From contig DATGVR010000042.1 of assembly GCA_035300255.1 (NCBI GenBank), positions 1-51,483 of the forward strand: a stretch of DNA of 51,483 nt, read 5' to 3'. Every line of letters begins with the position of its first letter. Position 1 is the stretch's first letter. The translations under genes were made by a program, and so were the position numbers. The notes below the pieces were generated by a model. That model was not told where the DNA came from. It did no database searches and saw only the letters and a list, made by a program, of their open reading frames with translations. This document shows positions 51,472 through 51,483 of this stretch, piece after piece. Source of the DNA: Nitrososphaerales archaeon. GTDB lineage: Archaea; Thermoproteota; Nitrososphaeria; Nitrososphaerales; Gagatemarchaeaceae.

Positions 51472-51483
51472 AGTTTCGTGGAA

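Noticed and set aside
1-51483. CRISPR arrays, tandem repeats, IS elements/transposases, rRNA genes
   Set aside because: By eye I found no regularly spaced direct repeats, no transposase- or integrase-like ORFs, and no rRNA-like sequence. The only exact long repeat noted is the 18-nt suf operator.

Overview
This is an archaeal chromosomal core segment. GC is roughly 55-62% on the 60-nt lines I counted. Protein sequences and operon syntax are archaeal, possibly TACK/Thermoproteota-like, but I cannot place the lineage by eye. Genes are tightly packed, with many ATGA/GTGA start-stop overlaps. In order, the window contains: a partial translin-like gene; a dphB-ribL operon; an AT-rich LAGLIDADG pseudogene; tRNA-Lys(CUU); a small HEAT protein; an SDR; a 4-gene operon with a mevalonate-decarboxylase-family enzyme; an ornithine cyclodeaminase-like gene; a thermosome; an aquaporin; a GAF protein; a sufCBD-Rieske-sufS-sufU operon; membrane proteins convergent with sdhAB; a long ribosomal-protein cluster (rpl22 to rpl15) followed by secY-adkA-DUF106-cmk-cbf5; tRNA-Ser(GGA); guaB-purA-purB; dys; glmS; a wHTH regulator; an inverted rps13-rps4-rps11 block; rpoD-rpl18e-rpl13-rps9-rpoN-rps2; a MEMO-mvk-ipk-GGPPS-gltX cluster; rpl7ae-rps28e; and an AT-richer orphan ORF. 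I saw no CRISPR arrays, rRNA genes or transposases. The points I consider most worth following up are: (1) a half-size deoxyhypusine-hydroxylase-like HEAT protein; (2) three or four conserved genes that have no ATG/GTG/TTG upstream of indispensable N-terminal motifs and appear to start at CTG; (3) both tRNA genes carry two short bulge-helix-bulge introns, three of them at non-canonical positions; (4) an unusual complex II, in which SdhB has a transmembrane tail, a 35-aa stand-alone paralogue of that tail lies nearby, and a Cys/His-rich membrane protein is present; (5) an 18-nt palindromic operator present twice in the suf operon; (6) a mevalonate-decarboxylase-family gene plus mvk and ipk, implying a decarboxylase/IPK mevalonate route. 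All family assignments were made by eye from motifs, with no database search.
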